From Azolla caroliniana (Eukaryota > Plantae > Polypodiophyta): a DNA stretch of 64,000 nucleotides. Shown here piece by piece: positions 13,388 through 27,969 of the stretch (its first letter is position 1; each line of letters begins with the position of its first letter). A program made the position numbers and the translations under genes. The notes under the pieces are model-generated. The model was given only the letters and a program-made list of their open reading frames with translations. It searched no databases and had not been told where the DNA came from. The stretch is from contig JBHGNT010000001.1 of NCBI GenBank assembly GCA_043228905.1, positions 4,464,001 to 4,528,000 of the forward strand, written 5' to 3'.

Positions 13388-16300
13388 ATGGCAAGCACAT
13401 TTGGGGAGTCTTGGCAAGTCAATGGAGCTTTGAATGACAAGCCACTCTTAAAGAACGGGGCCAACATATCACAAATTGAAGAGTTTTGCAAAGCTCTTGG
13501 TGGAAACAATCCGATTAACAGTATTCTCATTGCAAACAATGGCATGGCGGCAGTTAAGTTTATGCGTAGCATCCGATCATGGGCTTATGAGACGTTTGGA
13601 ACTGAAAGAGCTATTCTGTTAGTTGCTATGGCCACACCAGAGGATATGCGTATCAATGCTGAACACATCCGCATTGCTGACCAGTTTGTTGAAGTTCCCG
13701 GGGGTACCAACAACAACAATTATGCAAATGTGCAACTTATCACTGAAGTATGCAAGCGTATCCCTCTCCAATGTGTATCAGTATGACATTGCTAACACAA
13801 TATTTCTGGGCTTAAATGGTCTCTTTACTTGATATGTGATGAATAGGTTGCCGAAACCACAGGTGTTTCAGCTGTCTGGCCAGGATGGGGTCATGCTTCT
13901 GAGAACCCTGAGCTTCCTGATGCTCTAGAAGCTCGTGGGATAGCTTTCTTGGGCCCCCCTGCAGCTCCCATGGCTGCTCTTGGAGATAAAATTGGTTCCT
14001 CATTGATTGCTCAGGCTGCCGGTGTGCCCACACTTCCATGGAGTGGTTCTGATGTGAGCTTTATAAAATTTGATATTTCTTTCTCAATATTTATGCAAAT
14101 GTGTATGTGTATATGTGTGTGTACATGTATCTTCTTTCATGTATGCGTGTGTGGGATTAGTGTGAACTGACAAGGCCTGCCATGTCATGCTCCTCAGGTA
14201 AAAGTCCCATTTGAGGTCTGCAAGGATTCTATTCCTGATGACCTTTATAAATCAGCATGCATCTTTAGCACAGAAGAAGCTATCAAGTCTTGTCAGGCAG
14301 TTGGATATCCTGTCATGATTAAAGCATCATGGGGAGGTGGTGGTAAAGGAATTAGAAAGGTGAGCCATTGTGCGCTTGATTTCTGAAGTTGTTTTCTTCT
14401 GTTTATGGGTGAATACTTTACATTTGACATGCTCTGGAACAGGTTCATAATGATGATGAAGTTAGAGCGTTATTTAAGCAAGTCCAGGGTGAAGTCCCTG
14501 GTTCACCAATATTCACTATGAAAGTTGCTTCTCAGGTATAATATCTTGGTCATTCCACCTCCTCCGAAAGACAAAAACAGAAACAAAAGCAAAGACTCAC
14601 TATCATGTTTTGTATATAATCTCTCTGTAAATACTACTATTGAGGTTAATGCAAAAGTTTGATGCATAGTTTAACCCCGTCGATACCATTGCAAAGTTTA
14701 AGCCACTAATGAAGATTACATGGCACACATACATAAAAAATTCTATCACAAATGAGCATTGCCATGATATATCAATGAGGGAAGAGTAGGCCATTAAGAT
14801 TCTCTATAATAAAACACGGGTTTCTGCTTTACTCATATGTTGGTTTATCTTATGTATTCATGATTCAACTTCATTTGCTGATGTTCCTATGTCTGTAAAC
14901 TTAAAGTGACTAAATTCTCGAAGTTGATGCAAATTTTAAAGCCTTAACAAGTGTAAAAAAGCATTGTATATCTTGACAGTGAAACTACTTACAGAGAATA
15001 TGCTGTCTGCAACCATCTTTTTCATAATATATTTTTGTTATTTGGGCAGAGTCGGCATTTGGAAGTTCAGCTTCTCTGTGATAAATATGGGAATGTTGCT
15101 GCGTTGCATAGTCGTGACTGTAGTATTCAAAGGCGGCATCAAAAGGTATTTCATACAAGGTCTTAAATACCTGGTTTTCTCAATCTATTTTGGCTTTCCT
15201 CATGGTGTCTTTGATGGGTGATGTAAATAGATCATCGAGGAAGGACCTATAACCATTGCATCTCCAGAGACTGTACACCAGCTGGAACAAGGGGCTCGTC
15301 GCCTAGCAAAGTGTGTTAATTATGTAGGAGCTGCAACAGTAGAGTATCTATACAGCATGGACACAGGAGAGTTCTATTTCCTGGAGCTCAACCCTCGTTT
15401 GCAGGTGGTTTCAAGTCTTTTGTGACATCAGAAAATAAAATGAAGGTTCCCCTTTTGAAGATTACTGGTCTGAAATTAAATTTTCTTTTGATCTTATTAG
15501 GTTGAGCATCCTGTCACAGAATGGATTGCTGAAGTGAACTTGCCAGCTGCACAATTATGTGTTGCCATGGGTATTCCCCTATGGAAAATCCCAGGTATTC
15601 TATGAACGTGCTGAGAATACGTTCTCTCAGATAATAAACAGACTACTGCAATTATGCAAGGCAAAAACACAATTATGCAAGAATCATATAACACACAAGT
15701 ACTAGTTATCAGAAATAAATATAACTTTTGATATAATACATGTTTATGTGTTTATAATGGACCAGCTTTTCAGAATAAGATCTATCATCATCAGTTATGT
15801 ATGCTAGTAGCAAGTAAAACCTTGGGATAATATTCTTATGGAAAATGGTTTACTAGAAAGTAACACATGATTCTTTAAACCATTCAGAGATACGCCGCTT
15901 TTATGGTAAGGATGCTGGAGGAAGCTATGATACATGGGCTACAAATGCTGTTAAAGCAACAGAATTTGACTTTGATGAAGCAGTGTCTGTAAAGCCCAAA
16001 GGACACTGTGTGGCTGTGCGTGTCACCAGTGAAGACCCTGATGATGGTTTTAAACCAACTAGTGGCAAAGTTCAAGTAGGATTTCTCTTCAACTTGTCAT
16101 GATTCACAATTTTATGATTGTATGGCTGAAATTTTTTAATCTACACTGTTTTATTTCAGGAACTTAGCTTTAGGGGCAAGCCTAATGTTTGGGCATATTT
16201 CTCAGTGAAGGTAATGTAGATATGGTCATCTTTGAAGAGAGAGAGTAAAGAGTAAAAGGTAAAGATGTAATAATCTGAATTTCTGTATTTTATTGCAGTC

Positions 16301-19300
16301 TGGTGGCGGTATTCATGAATTCTCCGATTCACAATTTGGTGAGAGTGCATCTATTCTCACAACTTGCCATATATATTTATTTCTGGAAAACTTTAAACAT
16401 TCTGTTACATTGAGGAAATCAGGTGCTAAATAGCAACATCTGCTGACTGTTTGCAGGACATGTGTTTGCGTTTGGAGAGAACAGAGGTCTTGCCATTGCC
16501 AACATGGTGCTTGGTTTGAAGGAGCTTCAAATTCGTGGTGAAATCCGGACAAATGTGGACTACACAGTTGATTTACTTCATGTAATTCGCTATTTGAATG
16601 ATCCCTAACCAACATGATATTTGACTGATCTATCGGAAGTGGTTCATCTGAGTATAATCTTTGTCTCTTGGCAGGCACAAGAATATAGGGAAAACAAGAT
16701 ACACACTGGTTGGCTAGATAGCAGAATTGCGATGCGAATTCGGGCGGAAAGGCCTCCTTGGTATCTTTCTGTAATTGGAGGGGCTCTTTATGTAAGAAGG
16801 CACCTCTTTGTTTTCAGTTTCTCTGCAATTCTACTTTGTTTATTTGGGTAATTGACTGGAATGGATGGAATTTTCAGAAAGCTACAATGCTCGCATCAGG
16901 AAGAGTATCAGAATATGTAAGCTATCTTGAGAAGGGACAGATTCCTCCAAAGGTACGTGCTCTTTTATCAGATGCATTAATAACTCACTGTCATTGCCCT
17001 TTGAGATAGGATGAAGAAACAATCAGATATAGTCATTTTTGTTACTGCGTCTATGCTTAATAGTCTCGATTCAATTCATTGCAGAATCTCTCTTTGGTTA
17101 CCATCCAAATAGCTTTGAACATCGAGGGAAGCAAGTATACTGTAGGTTCCATGACTTCTGAAGCTCTTCCATGTTTCTTTCGGTTCACCTATAACTATTG
17201 TTATAACTATTACCATTTCCATTGTGCTGTTGATATAGGTTGACATGGTTAGAGGTGGCCCTGGTAGTTATAAACTCAAGTTAAACAACTCAGTTGTTGA
17301 GGCTGACACTTTCATTCTCAGAGATGGAGGACTCTTAATCCAGGTTAGCCTTCTTTCTATTTCTTTAGAACAAAGTCTATGTTATTGCCTCTCAGTATTT
17401 ATGAGGCTTCTTTGTGCAGTTGAATGGCAATAGCCATGTGGTTTATGCAGAAGAGGAAGCAGCTGGGACACGGCTTTTAATTAATGGACAGACATGCTTG
17501 CTTCAGGTTCTCTTTGGCATTTAAAACTCTTTTATTCTTCAGCATGACATCTTGGGAGGAAAGAAATAGTGATGCTCAATGTTTCATCAATATTGCTGAT
17601 ATGATTTGCAGCTGATGAATATTGGTAAACTTTTTCCCGCAGAATGATCATGATCCATCACGTCTTATAGCTGAAACTCCGTGCAAGCTACTCAGGTTCT
17701 TAGTATCAGATGGTAGTCATGTTGATGCAGATGCACCATATGCTGAAGTGGAAGTGATGAAGATGTGCATGCCATTGCTTTGCCCTGCATCTGGAAAGAT
17801 AAATTTTAGAATGTCAGAGGGTCAAACAATGCTTGTATGTATCTTATGCAGATAGGTTGTAATGGTCTTATAGCGAGTTAGCTTCATAAGATTCTAATCT
17901 TTTTCAAAATTATCAAACAGGCTGGAGATTTGATCGCAGGTCTTGATTTGGATGATCCTTCAGCTGTACGGAAAGCTGTCCCATATGAAGGTGGGTTTCC
18001 TCCCCTTGGTCCACCAACTCCAGTAGCAGGGAAGGTGCATCAGCGATGTGCCTTCAGTATACAAGCTGCTCAAATGGTGCTTGCTGGCTATGCCCATGAC
18101 ATTGATGATGTGAGAATAGAAACTGTTCATATCCATAGTAGCGTATTTATTAACAAAGAAAATTATCAAGCATCATTTTGCTTTGATCTGTTTTGCATAG
18201 GTTGTAAAGACTCTATTGGGCTGCTTGGATGATCCACAGCTTCCTTTGCTCCAATGGCAAGAGTGCATGTCTGTTCTCGCAACACGTCTCCCAAAGGATC
18301 TCAAAGCTCAGGTTTGTTCCCATGAGATAGTTGGCTTGTTTAGCATCGGTAACTTGTCTCTATTATAGGTTCAATAATCATAAACAGATTTCTCAGTCCG
18401 GGCACTAAACATGCTTTGCATAACCAAACATGTTTACATAATACTAGAGCCATTGCTTGTGAAGCCTAATATAACACGTGCTTCCAGTTACTCATTGGAA
18501 AATTACTTCCCTCTTTCAGCTTGATGGAAAGTTCAAAGAATATGAATCTTCTTTTTCTTCACCACTTGGAAGTGTAGATTTCCCTGCAAAGGCGTTGCGT
18601 ACAACTATTGAGGTTTGTAGAGTAGAACACATGCTATTGTGATTCGTAGCGGAATGCTTTTATGATTGATTTTATGAGTTTTATATGTTATCAGGCCTAT
18701 GTTGGATCGGTTCCTGAGAAGGAAAAACAGGCTATCGAAAGATTGATAGAGCCATTAGCAACTCTCGCAAATTCTTATGAAGGAGGAAGAGAGGGTCATG
18801 CTTGCAATGTTGTTAAATCCCTTTTCAAGACATATTTGGATGTTGAAGAACCTTTTAATGAGAATCAGGAGGTGTGTTTCATGCTTATTTATTTCGTAGA
18901 TCCTATGGTATTTTTAAGGAAACAATCATATTCTTTCATTGGTTCCCAATACACCTCATTATTAATTCCACCTGTTACAGGCGGATGTTATTGAAGCTCT
19001 GCGGCTGAAGTATAAGAAAGATCTCCTGAAAGTAGTTGACATTGTGCTGTCTCACCAGGTACATTTGTAACCAATGGCATGGTTATACTTGCTTTGCATA
19101 CATTTTTTATACATAATTCACTTTTTCAAACAGGGTGTGAAAATGAAAAACAAACTTATTTTGCGGTTGTTGGATGCTCTTGTCTATGCCAACCCTGCGG
19201 CATACCGAGAGGAATTAATCCGTTTTGCTGCACTCAATGACACAAAACTTGCAGAGGTATTATCGACATGTGATAATGGAAAATGCTTTCTAAGTCAGCG

Positions 19301-22300
19301 TCAAGTTTATAAATTTGGGGCTAATTTATTTATCTTACCAGTTAGCTTTGCGAGCTAGTATATTGCTTGAACATACAAAGCTTAGTGAGCTTCGAGCTGG
19401 TATAGCACGAAGCTTATCTGAGCTAGAGATGTTCACAGAAGAAGGTACTGATAGTGTCTACACTCCACGAAGAAGAAGTGCCATTGAGCAAAGAATAGAG
19501 GATGTAGTGAATTCTGGTGAAGCGGTTGAGGATGCTCTAGTTTCCCTGTTTGATCACAGTGATCACACTTTGCAACGACGAGTCGTAGAGACATATATAA
19601 GACGAATTTATCAGGTACCTTCTTGTTATTCGACTTATCATAATTTGGTCTAGAGGCTTGGTCAGAAACATGTCGGAAATACCTTATGCTTTTTTTCCAC
19701 AGCCTCATCTCATCAAAGGATCAACGAAGATGCAATGGCATCGGTCAGGTCTTCTTGCTTCCTGGCAATACTGGCAGGACACTGCTGTAGCGGCATTGGG
19801 TAATTCTTCTACAGCTAACCATGGAACCACAGAGGCCAAACATTCAGGGTCCATGGTTATTATTTCAAGTCTAAATGTTCTTTCGAGTGCTGTTAGTGCT
19901 GTCCTGAAAGAAGCAACAAGTCTCTCTTTAGAACCATCAGGAAATGCTTTGCATGTTGCACTTGTTGGTATCAACAATCCTATGACAAACTTACAAGACA
20001 GGTGCTCTTTTTACACCTGCACATGTTGGCATATGCATGATATTATGCAGTTACAGTTATATATCAATCTAATGTGGTTGCAGTGGGGATGAGGATCAAG
20101 CTCAGGAAAGGATTGAAAAGCTCGTGAAGACACTCAAAGAAGAACCACTTTCTTCGCTGTTGAAGTCGTCTGGTGTAGTAGTTGTCAGCTGTATCATTCA
20201 ACGTGATGAAGGCAGAGTGCCTATACGACATTGCTTTCACTGGTCTGAGGAGGGACAAAACTTTGTGGAGGAGCCAATACTCCGTCATGTGGAGCCCCCT
20301 GTGGCTAACCTTCTGGAACTGGTAATCGCATAACCAAAAACTTTGAATAAAAAATAGATTATGATTCACTGTCGACTTGATAAGAATTGCATGGTATTGA
20401 TGGCTATCATAACATGTTTTCTTTTATATAGAACAAGCTGAAGGGATATGCCAACACTCGATATGCACCTTCAAGGGACCGCTTGTGGCACATATATTCT
20501 GTGGTTGACAAGCCAGCTATTCGTAGAATGTTTCTAAGAGCCCTCTTAAGACAGCCAAACCCCAGCAACTCACTTGGCAGTGATACAGAGTCGTATACTA
20601 CAGAAAGTGTTATGGTTGCAATACAAGGTGCACTTGAAGAGCTAGAGCTATCAGCTTATGATCTTAATGGTAGACCAGATCATGCACATATATTTTTGAG
20701 CATTGTGCGGCATCAAGAAATAAGGGATTTATGTGATCATAAGTGAGTTATCATCATCAATATATCTTGTTTGAAAGGTTTCCATGTTAGTTTAGTTCTA
20801 GTCCTTACAGCAGTGTGGTGGTGGTGTGTGTTGCCTTCAGTACAATAAAGGCGATTCGGAGCACAGAGTTGGGAGAAAGCACGGTGATACAGCTTTTAGA
20901 GGACCTGGCACACAAGATTCATAACAGGCTTGGGTTGCGCATGCACCGTCTTGCTGTAGCATCGTGGGAAATCCGATTGAAAGTGGACTTACTGGGAAAG
21001 ATTGATGGTTCCTGGCGAGTGGTTGTGACAAATCCAACTGGTCATACTTGCATTGTGCAGGTGACATATCCATCATTGTGGGATGATTTTACTTTTAAGC
21101 ATTGATGTGTTGCATGTAGCTTACAGTTCAGCTATGTTATCTTGAAATAGGTTTATTCGGAGGGTGTAGATTCGGCTAGTAGAACACTTGTTTACTCATC
21201 TCCTGAAGGTTATCCTAAGGGTCCGCTACATGGTTTGCGTCTTGATTCCCCTCTTAAACCCTTGGATACGGTAGAGAGGAAGAGATTAATTGCGAGACGA
21301 AACAATACTAGCTACTGCTATGATTTCCCTCTGGTAAAAAACAGTTTTGAAATAGGCATTTATGTTTTATGTCAACTGGGAGGTTCCCCACTTGATTCAA
21401 CTAAATACTTTGGTTTGGATTGTAATTGATATACAGCTTTTTGAGACGGCATTACGACAGATCTGGGGTGACACAAAGAAGGTTGTGCTCAAGAGTTCTG
21501 AATTAGTCTTTGCAGATACGCCAAGTTGGGATGGATCCTTAGTAGAATCTGATCGTGTTCCAGCGTCTAATGACGTGGGCATGATTGGATGGAACTTTGA
21601 ATTATTTACACCCGAGTTTCCTGCTGGGCGGAAAATTATGGTAGTTTCAAATGATGCGACACATGGTGCTGGAGCTTTTGGTCCAAAGGAGGATTACTTC
21701 TTCAAGGCTATGGCTGATCTGGCATGTGAAAAGAAGCTGCCTTTAATATATTTGGCAGCCAACTCAGGTGCCAGGATAGGAGTTGCCGATGAGGTGAGGG
21801 CCCGCTTTAAAGTAGAGTGGTCTGATGGACTTTCTCCTGAAAGGGGTTTCCAGTACTTATATTTAACAGAGGAGGACTATGCAAGCATAGGGACCTCAGT
21901 CAATGCACATGAACTGAAGCTTGATTCAGGAGAAAAACGATGGGTTATTGATGACATAATAGGAATGGAAGATGGAATTGGTGCAGAAAATCTTTCAGGC
22001 AGTGGAGCCATTGCAGGTGCTTTCTCACGAGCCTATAGGGAAACCTTCACCTTGACATATGTCTCCGGTCGCACGGTCGGTATTGGTGCTTACCTAGCTC
22101 GCTTGGGTATTCGATGCATACAAAGAGCGGATCAGCCTATCATACTAACGGGTTACTCTGCATTAAACAAATTGCTTGGTAGGGAAGTCTATAGCTCTCA
22201 GATGCAGCTAGGAGGACCCAAAATTATGGGGGTAAATGGTGTGACCCATCTCATTGTGGGTGACGATTTGGAAGGTGTTTCAGCAATTCTGAAATGGCTT

Positions 22301-23770
22301 AGCTATGTTCCACCATATGTTGGGGGACCCCTCCCTTCAATTGACCCCATAGATCCTCCAGAAAGGGCGGTGGAGTATAATCCAGAGCTGTCATGTGACC
22401 CACGCGCAGCAATTTGTGGTATTGAGAGTAGTGGAAAATGGCTCTCAGGAATATTTGATAAAGATAGTTTCACAGAGACTTTGGAGGGCTGGGCAAAGAC
22501 TGTTGTGACAGGTCGTGCGAGATTGGGGGGTATACCTGTTGCCATTATAGCTGTGGAAACACAAACAGTTATGCAAACAATTCCAGCAGATCCTGGTCAG
22601 CTTGATTCACACGAGAGAGTAGTACCACAAGCAGGCCAAGTTTGGTTCCCTGATTCAGCATCCAAGACGGCACAAGCATTGATGGATTTCAACAAGGAGG
22701 GTCTTCCTGTTTTCATTATGGCTAACTGGAGAGGGTTCTCCGGAGGCCAGAGAGACCTTTTTGAAGGAATTCTTCAAGCCGGATCAAACATTGTGGAAAA
22801 CCTTCGAACCTATGAGCACCCAGTCTTTGTGTATTTACCGAAAACAGGGGAGCTCCGGGGTGGGGCATGGGTTGTGGTGGACAGCAAGATCAACCCTGAT
22901 GAAGTAGAAATGTATGCTGAACGAACTGCCAAAGGTGGTGTATTGGAGCCAGAAGGTCTTATTGAAATCAAGTTCCGGACAAAGGAGCTCCTTGAGTGCA
23001 TGCATCGTCTCGACCCTCAGCTTATTGAGTTGAAGAAAGCGGTGCAAGCTGCTGCTGCTGAATCAGTAAATACCATCCAGAAGAAGATACAAGCTCGGGA
23101 AAAGCAGCTCCTTCCGACATACAAGCAAATTGCAATTCGTTTTGCTGAGCTTCATGACACATCGACAAGGCTCGAAGCGAAGGGTATCATTAAGAAGGTG
23201 GTTGATTGGGCGGATTCACGAGGATATTTTTACAAGCGTTTGAAAAGAAGAGTTGCAGAAGAACATCTCATAAAAGACGCAAGGGTTGCCGCAGGTGGGT
23301 TTCTAACACGACCTGCTGCTTCTGAGCTTGTTAAACAGTGGTTTTTGTCATCCAAACATCCTTCATCAGAGGAAGACAAGGAGGCTCTCTGGAAGGATGA
23401 CAATTCGTTCTATGCTTGGTTGAATGATGTCAAAAACCTAGATGTACATTTTGAGAAATTAAAGTCAGATCGTGTCACAAAACAAATCCTGTCCTTCAGC
23501 ACCTCAGTGGATCTCGAAGTATTGCCGCAAGCCTTTGAAACCTTGCTACAAAAAGTAAGCTTTGTTATTTATATATGCATGCATATTTTTTGACCTTGCT
23601 AGTTGTACAAGCATACATAAATTTTTTTTGTCTTCATAATGTTCTGTGCGTCTATGTTTAATTGTTATAATTTTGTTTGTCTTTTGTTTCAACAGGTTGA
23701 TCCATCTCAGAAGAGCAAACTGGTCAAAGATCTTCTTGCAGTCTTACACAACTGTAATCCAGCTGTATAG
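13388..23770 (+). CDS. ACC1: Homomeric (multifunctional) acetyl-CoA carboxylase, cytosolic type; about 31 coding exons
   Basis: BC domain: [54 protein letters not shown] biotinylation motif EVMKM at about 17750. CT domain in the large exon 21438-23554 ([28 protein letters not shown]). Approximate exons: 13388-13747, 13847-14053, 14198-14359, 14443-14535, 15050-15145, 15231-15404, 15501-15594, 15888-16075, 16160-16210, 16299-16339, 16457-16581, 16675-16791, 16878-16952, 17084-17141, 17239-17343, 17420-17506, 17643-17834, 17921-18108, 18201-18311, 18520-18612, 18695-18871, 18981-19058, 19134-19256, 19342-19614, 19703-20001, 20084-20321, 20431-20743, 20840-21060, 21151-21333, 21438-23554, 23696-23770 ([24 protein letters not shown]). 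Confidence 0.97.
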
Positions 23771-26700
23771 ATCGATATCCATGTAGAGGGGGAATGCAAA
23801 TGCTAGACAAACATGTCTGGAAAGCTCTCTTTGAACACCGTCCACCCATGTATTCCCAAGTGTATTATCACGGCATTTATACAGTTACTATCTCTTTTGT
23901 AAAACACAGGTTCTTGTATCTGAATAAGCATAGACGAATGATGGCGGCATATGTACGGAAGTTTTATGCCCATTTCTTTGTCTTTTTCTGAAGCTGAGAG
24001 TAGGAATAATGTCCAGCTATATTTATAATGACTCGTTTTTTTCCTTGTTCTGAAATAACACAATCATTTTCATGATTTTGTTCTGTGTTGCCATTTTGTA
24101 TTTGTGTGCTCAGGTATGTAGTGAATCCATGGAAATAAATGTGCACTAGTAAGTTAGTTTGAAGTATAGAGGTAGAGGCTAACTACTTCAGAGTAACGAT
24201 AACATTTACAAATTTAGCATAAACCAATTAAGTACACACTTTTTGAGACGATTGTTCGCATACAACGATTGCATCTTCAAAACCTTCATTTAGCGTAAAC
24301 CAATTAAGTACACACTTTTTGACACTTTTTGTTGTGTGAAATGTGAGTGACAATGTGCTAAAGGTTCTCCCCACTTCCATTAAAAAGTAGTAGTTCTGTA
24401 AGTTACTTGACTTGATAAACTCAATGTCAAGTAGGGCTCCTGTTGAAGCATAAAATATGCACACGAGGTACATTACCATAGAGAATATTGGCGTCTTGTT
24501 GTTATCTATGCCAATCTTGCATCCCTTATAAACGCTGAATACTGCTGTGCCTCATATGGCATTTCAACTATGGCAATAGATTTTGTCAAGGAAGATCACT
24601 ACGCCCTTGTGAGTATTTATGCATTCAGAAGTGTTTTATGGGAGCTTAAATGACTTCCCCTAAGTAGGAACCATTTGTGTCTCACATTCTTTCTTAAATG
24701 ATGCCACAAACATTTTTAGTTGGAGGTGAGGAATATTAAGCAAAGTATCATTTAAATTTGCAAAGCGTAAGCCAAGTACCACAACAGTAGGAGGGACCAA
24801 AGATAGTAAAGTAATGAGAAAAAGGAGTGTGTTTAAGAACTTAATATAGAACACAACCGAAAGAAGTTGTCCAATAATTGTATGAGAGAAAATAATAGAA
24901 ATTTTCTTGCCCTCCTCCCCCCATTTTAATAATGTTAAGTTTGATTTCTAATGTCTAGGAATAAACAAAACAAGTTAATTAGTCAATCTTTGATTCTTTC
25001 TACTTAGTTCCTTAAAATTTCGGGTTTTTTCATAGTCTTCATAGTTATTTCCGTCAATCTAGTGAGAACAATAATATTTTGTCAAAGTATCTAGAACTTT
25101 GAAATGTTAAAACAATTCAATGTATACCTTAACTCTAGAACCATTAGTCAACAAATATAAATGTGAATCAGTTGTGACCATATCACTAGTTTAGAAAAAT
25201 ATTAGGAGCCAATAATTGGGAGGTTGGTTAGGGGTCATATACTTCTCGTGGTGGATTGAATTTTATACTGTGCTCACATTTTCTACATTGTAAAACTTAA
25301 GAAGTTAGTTCGTAAAGGTTTGCGTAAGAAAACATTAACTATTTGAAATCATCACCTTCGAGTAAGATTATTGTTTGAACCCCAACCCTTCAGTTGGGGA
25401 AAGTAATTTGTAAAGCCAAAATTTTAGGATCTAACTATCATCGCATATGGCCCAATTTGCAAATAACGAACTCCATTACTTTACAACATTACAAAACAAA
25501 AGCACGCCACAACACGATCATGCTTATATATAATGGCAATAAAAAATCGAAATACACAAAAAAAATTAGTTGGTAGGGATGTTTATGGCCTCCTATTGCA
25601 AACTTGCAATATCTTTCATAGGGTTGTGTAGTTATTAAAAGTAAATATTAAAAACGTTATTAAACTGCTAGTTTGGTGGGACAATTGAAGACGTTATTGC
25701 ATACCACCCTATGTACAAATTGTTATGAATACAATTAGGTGAATGGGTGTGTTTTGTATTTATTACTTTACTAGTGTTTACCACCATGTAATTTTCAAGT
25801 TATTGTGTTCTTACTTTAGAATGACTAGTTTGCAATTTCATCTTGGGACACACAAAGTTGCAGTCTCATTTACGACCCCGTTTTGAAAATATCATTATTT
25901 GTATGTTGCAATTTCCACATTGACAAGGTTCAAAGTAGGAGTACACTTGGATTAGGGTATACTTCATCTATTTCGATGTTTTTCCATTAAAATTACAATG
26001 TAGCTTCTAATTTACCATGGTCATACTTTATGGAACATGTCATGTCATGTCATGTCATGTCATTTCATCTAGGGACAAGCATGAAATATATCATTGAGAT
26101 ATGGTTCATTTACATTCACTTACTATTGCATCTTGCATCTTGTGTGGTATTGGTAACAAATATCTCCATCAAAAATTTATAGCTAGCAATCTTCGACATA
26201 TTGCTACATAATATTGAACATGAAGTGTGCATCCTCTCCAACACTTTAAATGTCATCTAAGGCAACAAAGCTACCAAACATGTCAATGTCGATAGACAAC
26301 TCTCCCTCCAAACATATGCCATTATGTCTTGAAAGTACCGACTTGCCCTCCCCTATTGAATTCCCTATGAAAAGAGTGTGCAATTAGGGGGGGGGGGGGG
26401 GGGAATAAAGACCAAAGTTGATTGGGCAATAGAAACATAATACAATCAAAAAAATAATGAAAATTTACTATGATAAACCTTGGTAAGAAGGCGAAAATCA
26501 GTTTAAGAATAGTCTTCTCTCCCCATAAAGCTCCTCAACTTGCATGTGCAACTGGAATCGAGGTCAATAGATTAATTGGCTATGAATGTGATGCTAAACC
26601 AACCATCGAGGAATCATGATAATACTCATAAACGGTTAACCGAATATAATAGAAAATTAAAGAAGATTATATTATTTGATCAACATTATAGGCAATTTGT

Positions 26701-27363
26701 GCCTCATTAAGAATGGAGGCTTGAGAGATAAGTGCCCTTTTGGGAAACGAGACTGGGGTGGTATCCTCCCTAAAAATGAAGGAGGTAAGTGTCCTTTCAG
26801 GAGAAGTATATAATCTAGGAATCAAAACAACAACGATACATGATAATCCTAAGTGCTCCCTAAGGAGGAGGGAAAGTGTCATCGAATAATGAGAATCGAC
26901 GTACAAAGGAAGGATAAGATTGCCTCCTATTGGCAAGGTGTGTTCTTTTATTTCGAGGCAAGTTGTTCGACCAACCTTAGAACATGATGGGAAAGTCTAC
27001 TACATACGCAGGATTGTATCAATCGATAAGGGTGGGGTGTGTGTGTGTGAATAGGAACACGTAGTAGACGTGAGGCCCTCCCTCGATAATAACAGGCACG
27101 AGTACGAAAGATTCAATTTGGGGGGGGCGGGGAGGCTAGAAAGATACGAAAAGCGTAACGATCCGAGACAGTGACAATGGGCGGAGGGGTCTCTGAGGAG
27201 ACACGGGAGGTGTGAGTAAAGCAAAGGGACATGGATGTGTAAAGTGCCCCGTCGGAGGTAATGACGAGGATTGGTTTGGGGGGGGAGCACATCACATGGA
27301 ATATGAATGGCATGCTTTAATAAATAATGTGTGCCTGCCCCTGTTTCTATGTGGAAAGTATAT

Positions 27364-27395
<32 letters not shown>

Positions 27396-27969
27396 GAAAC
27401 CTCCTTTTAAAAGTCACAAAACAAAACAAAACAATTGAAATCTATCATATTTTTTTAAAACAAACAGAAAAAAACAAAAATATCAAGAAAAAGAAGTGAG
27501 AGAAAAACCAAGGGGGCCTACACGTGGTGTGTTTTTATTTTATTTGGGGGTGGGGCGGTTTTCTATTTTTCTCTCTCTTCGGCTGGCTTTTTTTTTGTTT
27601 TTTAATTTAAAAAAAGCCAAAATTATCTATCCAGGAAATTGGGAGGAAACTTCCTTTCCGTTGTGTTTGCTTTGTTTCTCCTTTTGTTCTGTTTCTCACC
27701 ATCATCATCCATCCTCCATCATCCATCCATCATCATGGATCTCTTTTTCTTCTATATTTATCATTTCCCTCCCTCCATCTCCATTCCATTCATATGCAAT
27801 TTCTCCTCCTCCTTTCTTCCCATATCCCAATCTTTCTTTGTTTCTTTTCTATCACATATATCTCTGAATCTCCTTCTTCTTCTTCTTCTTCTTCTAAATT
27901 CTCCATATCCTTCCCCATCTTTTGTTCTTTCAAACCATAAGCCCAAAACCTAAACTCCTCCCCCCCAAC

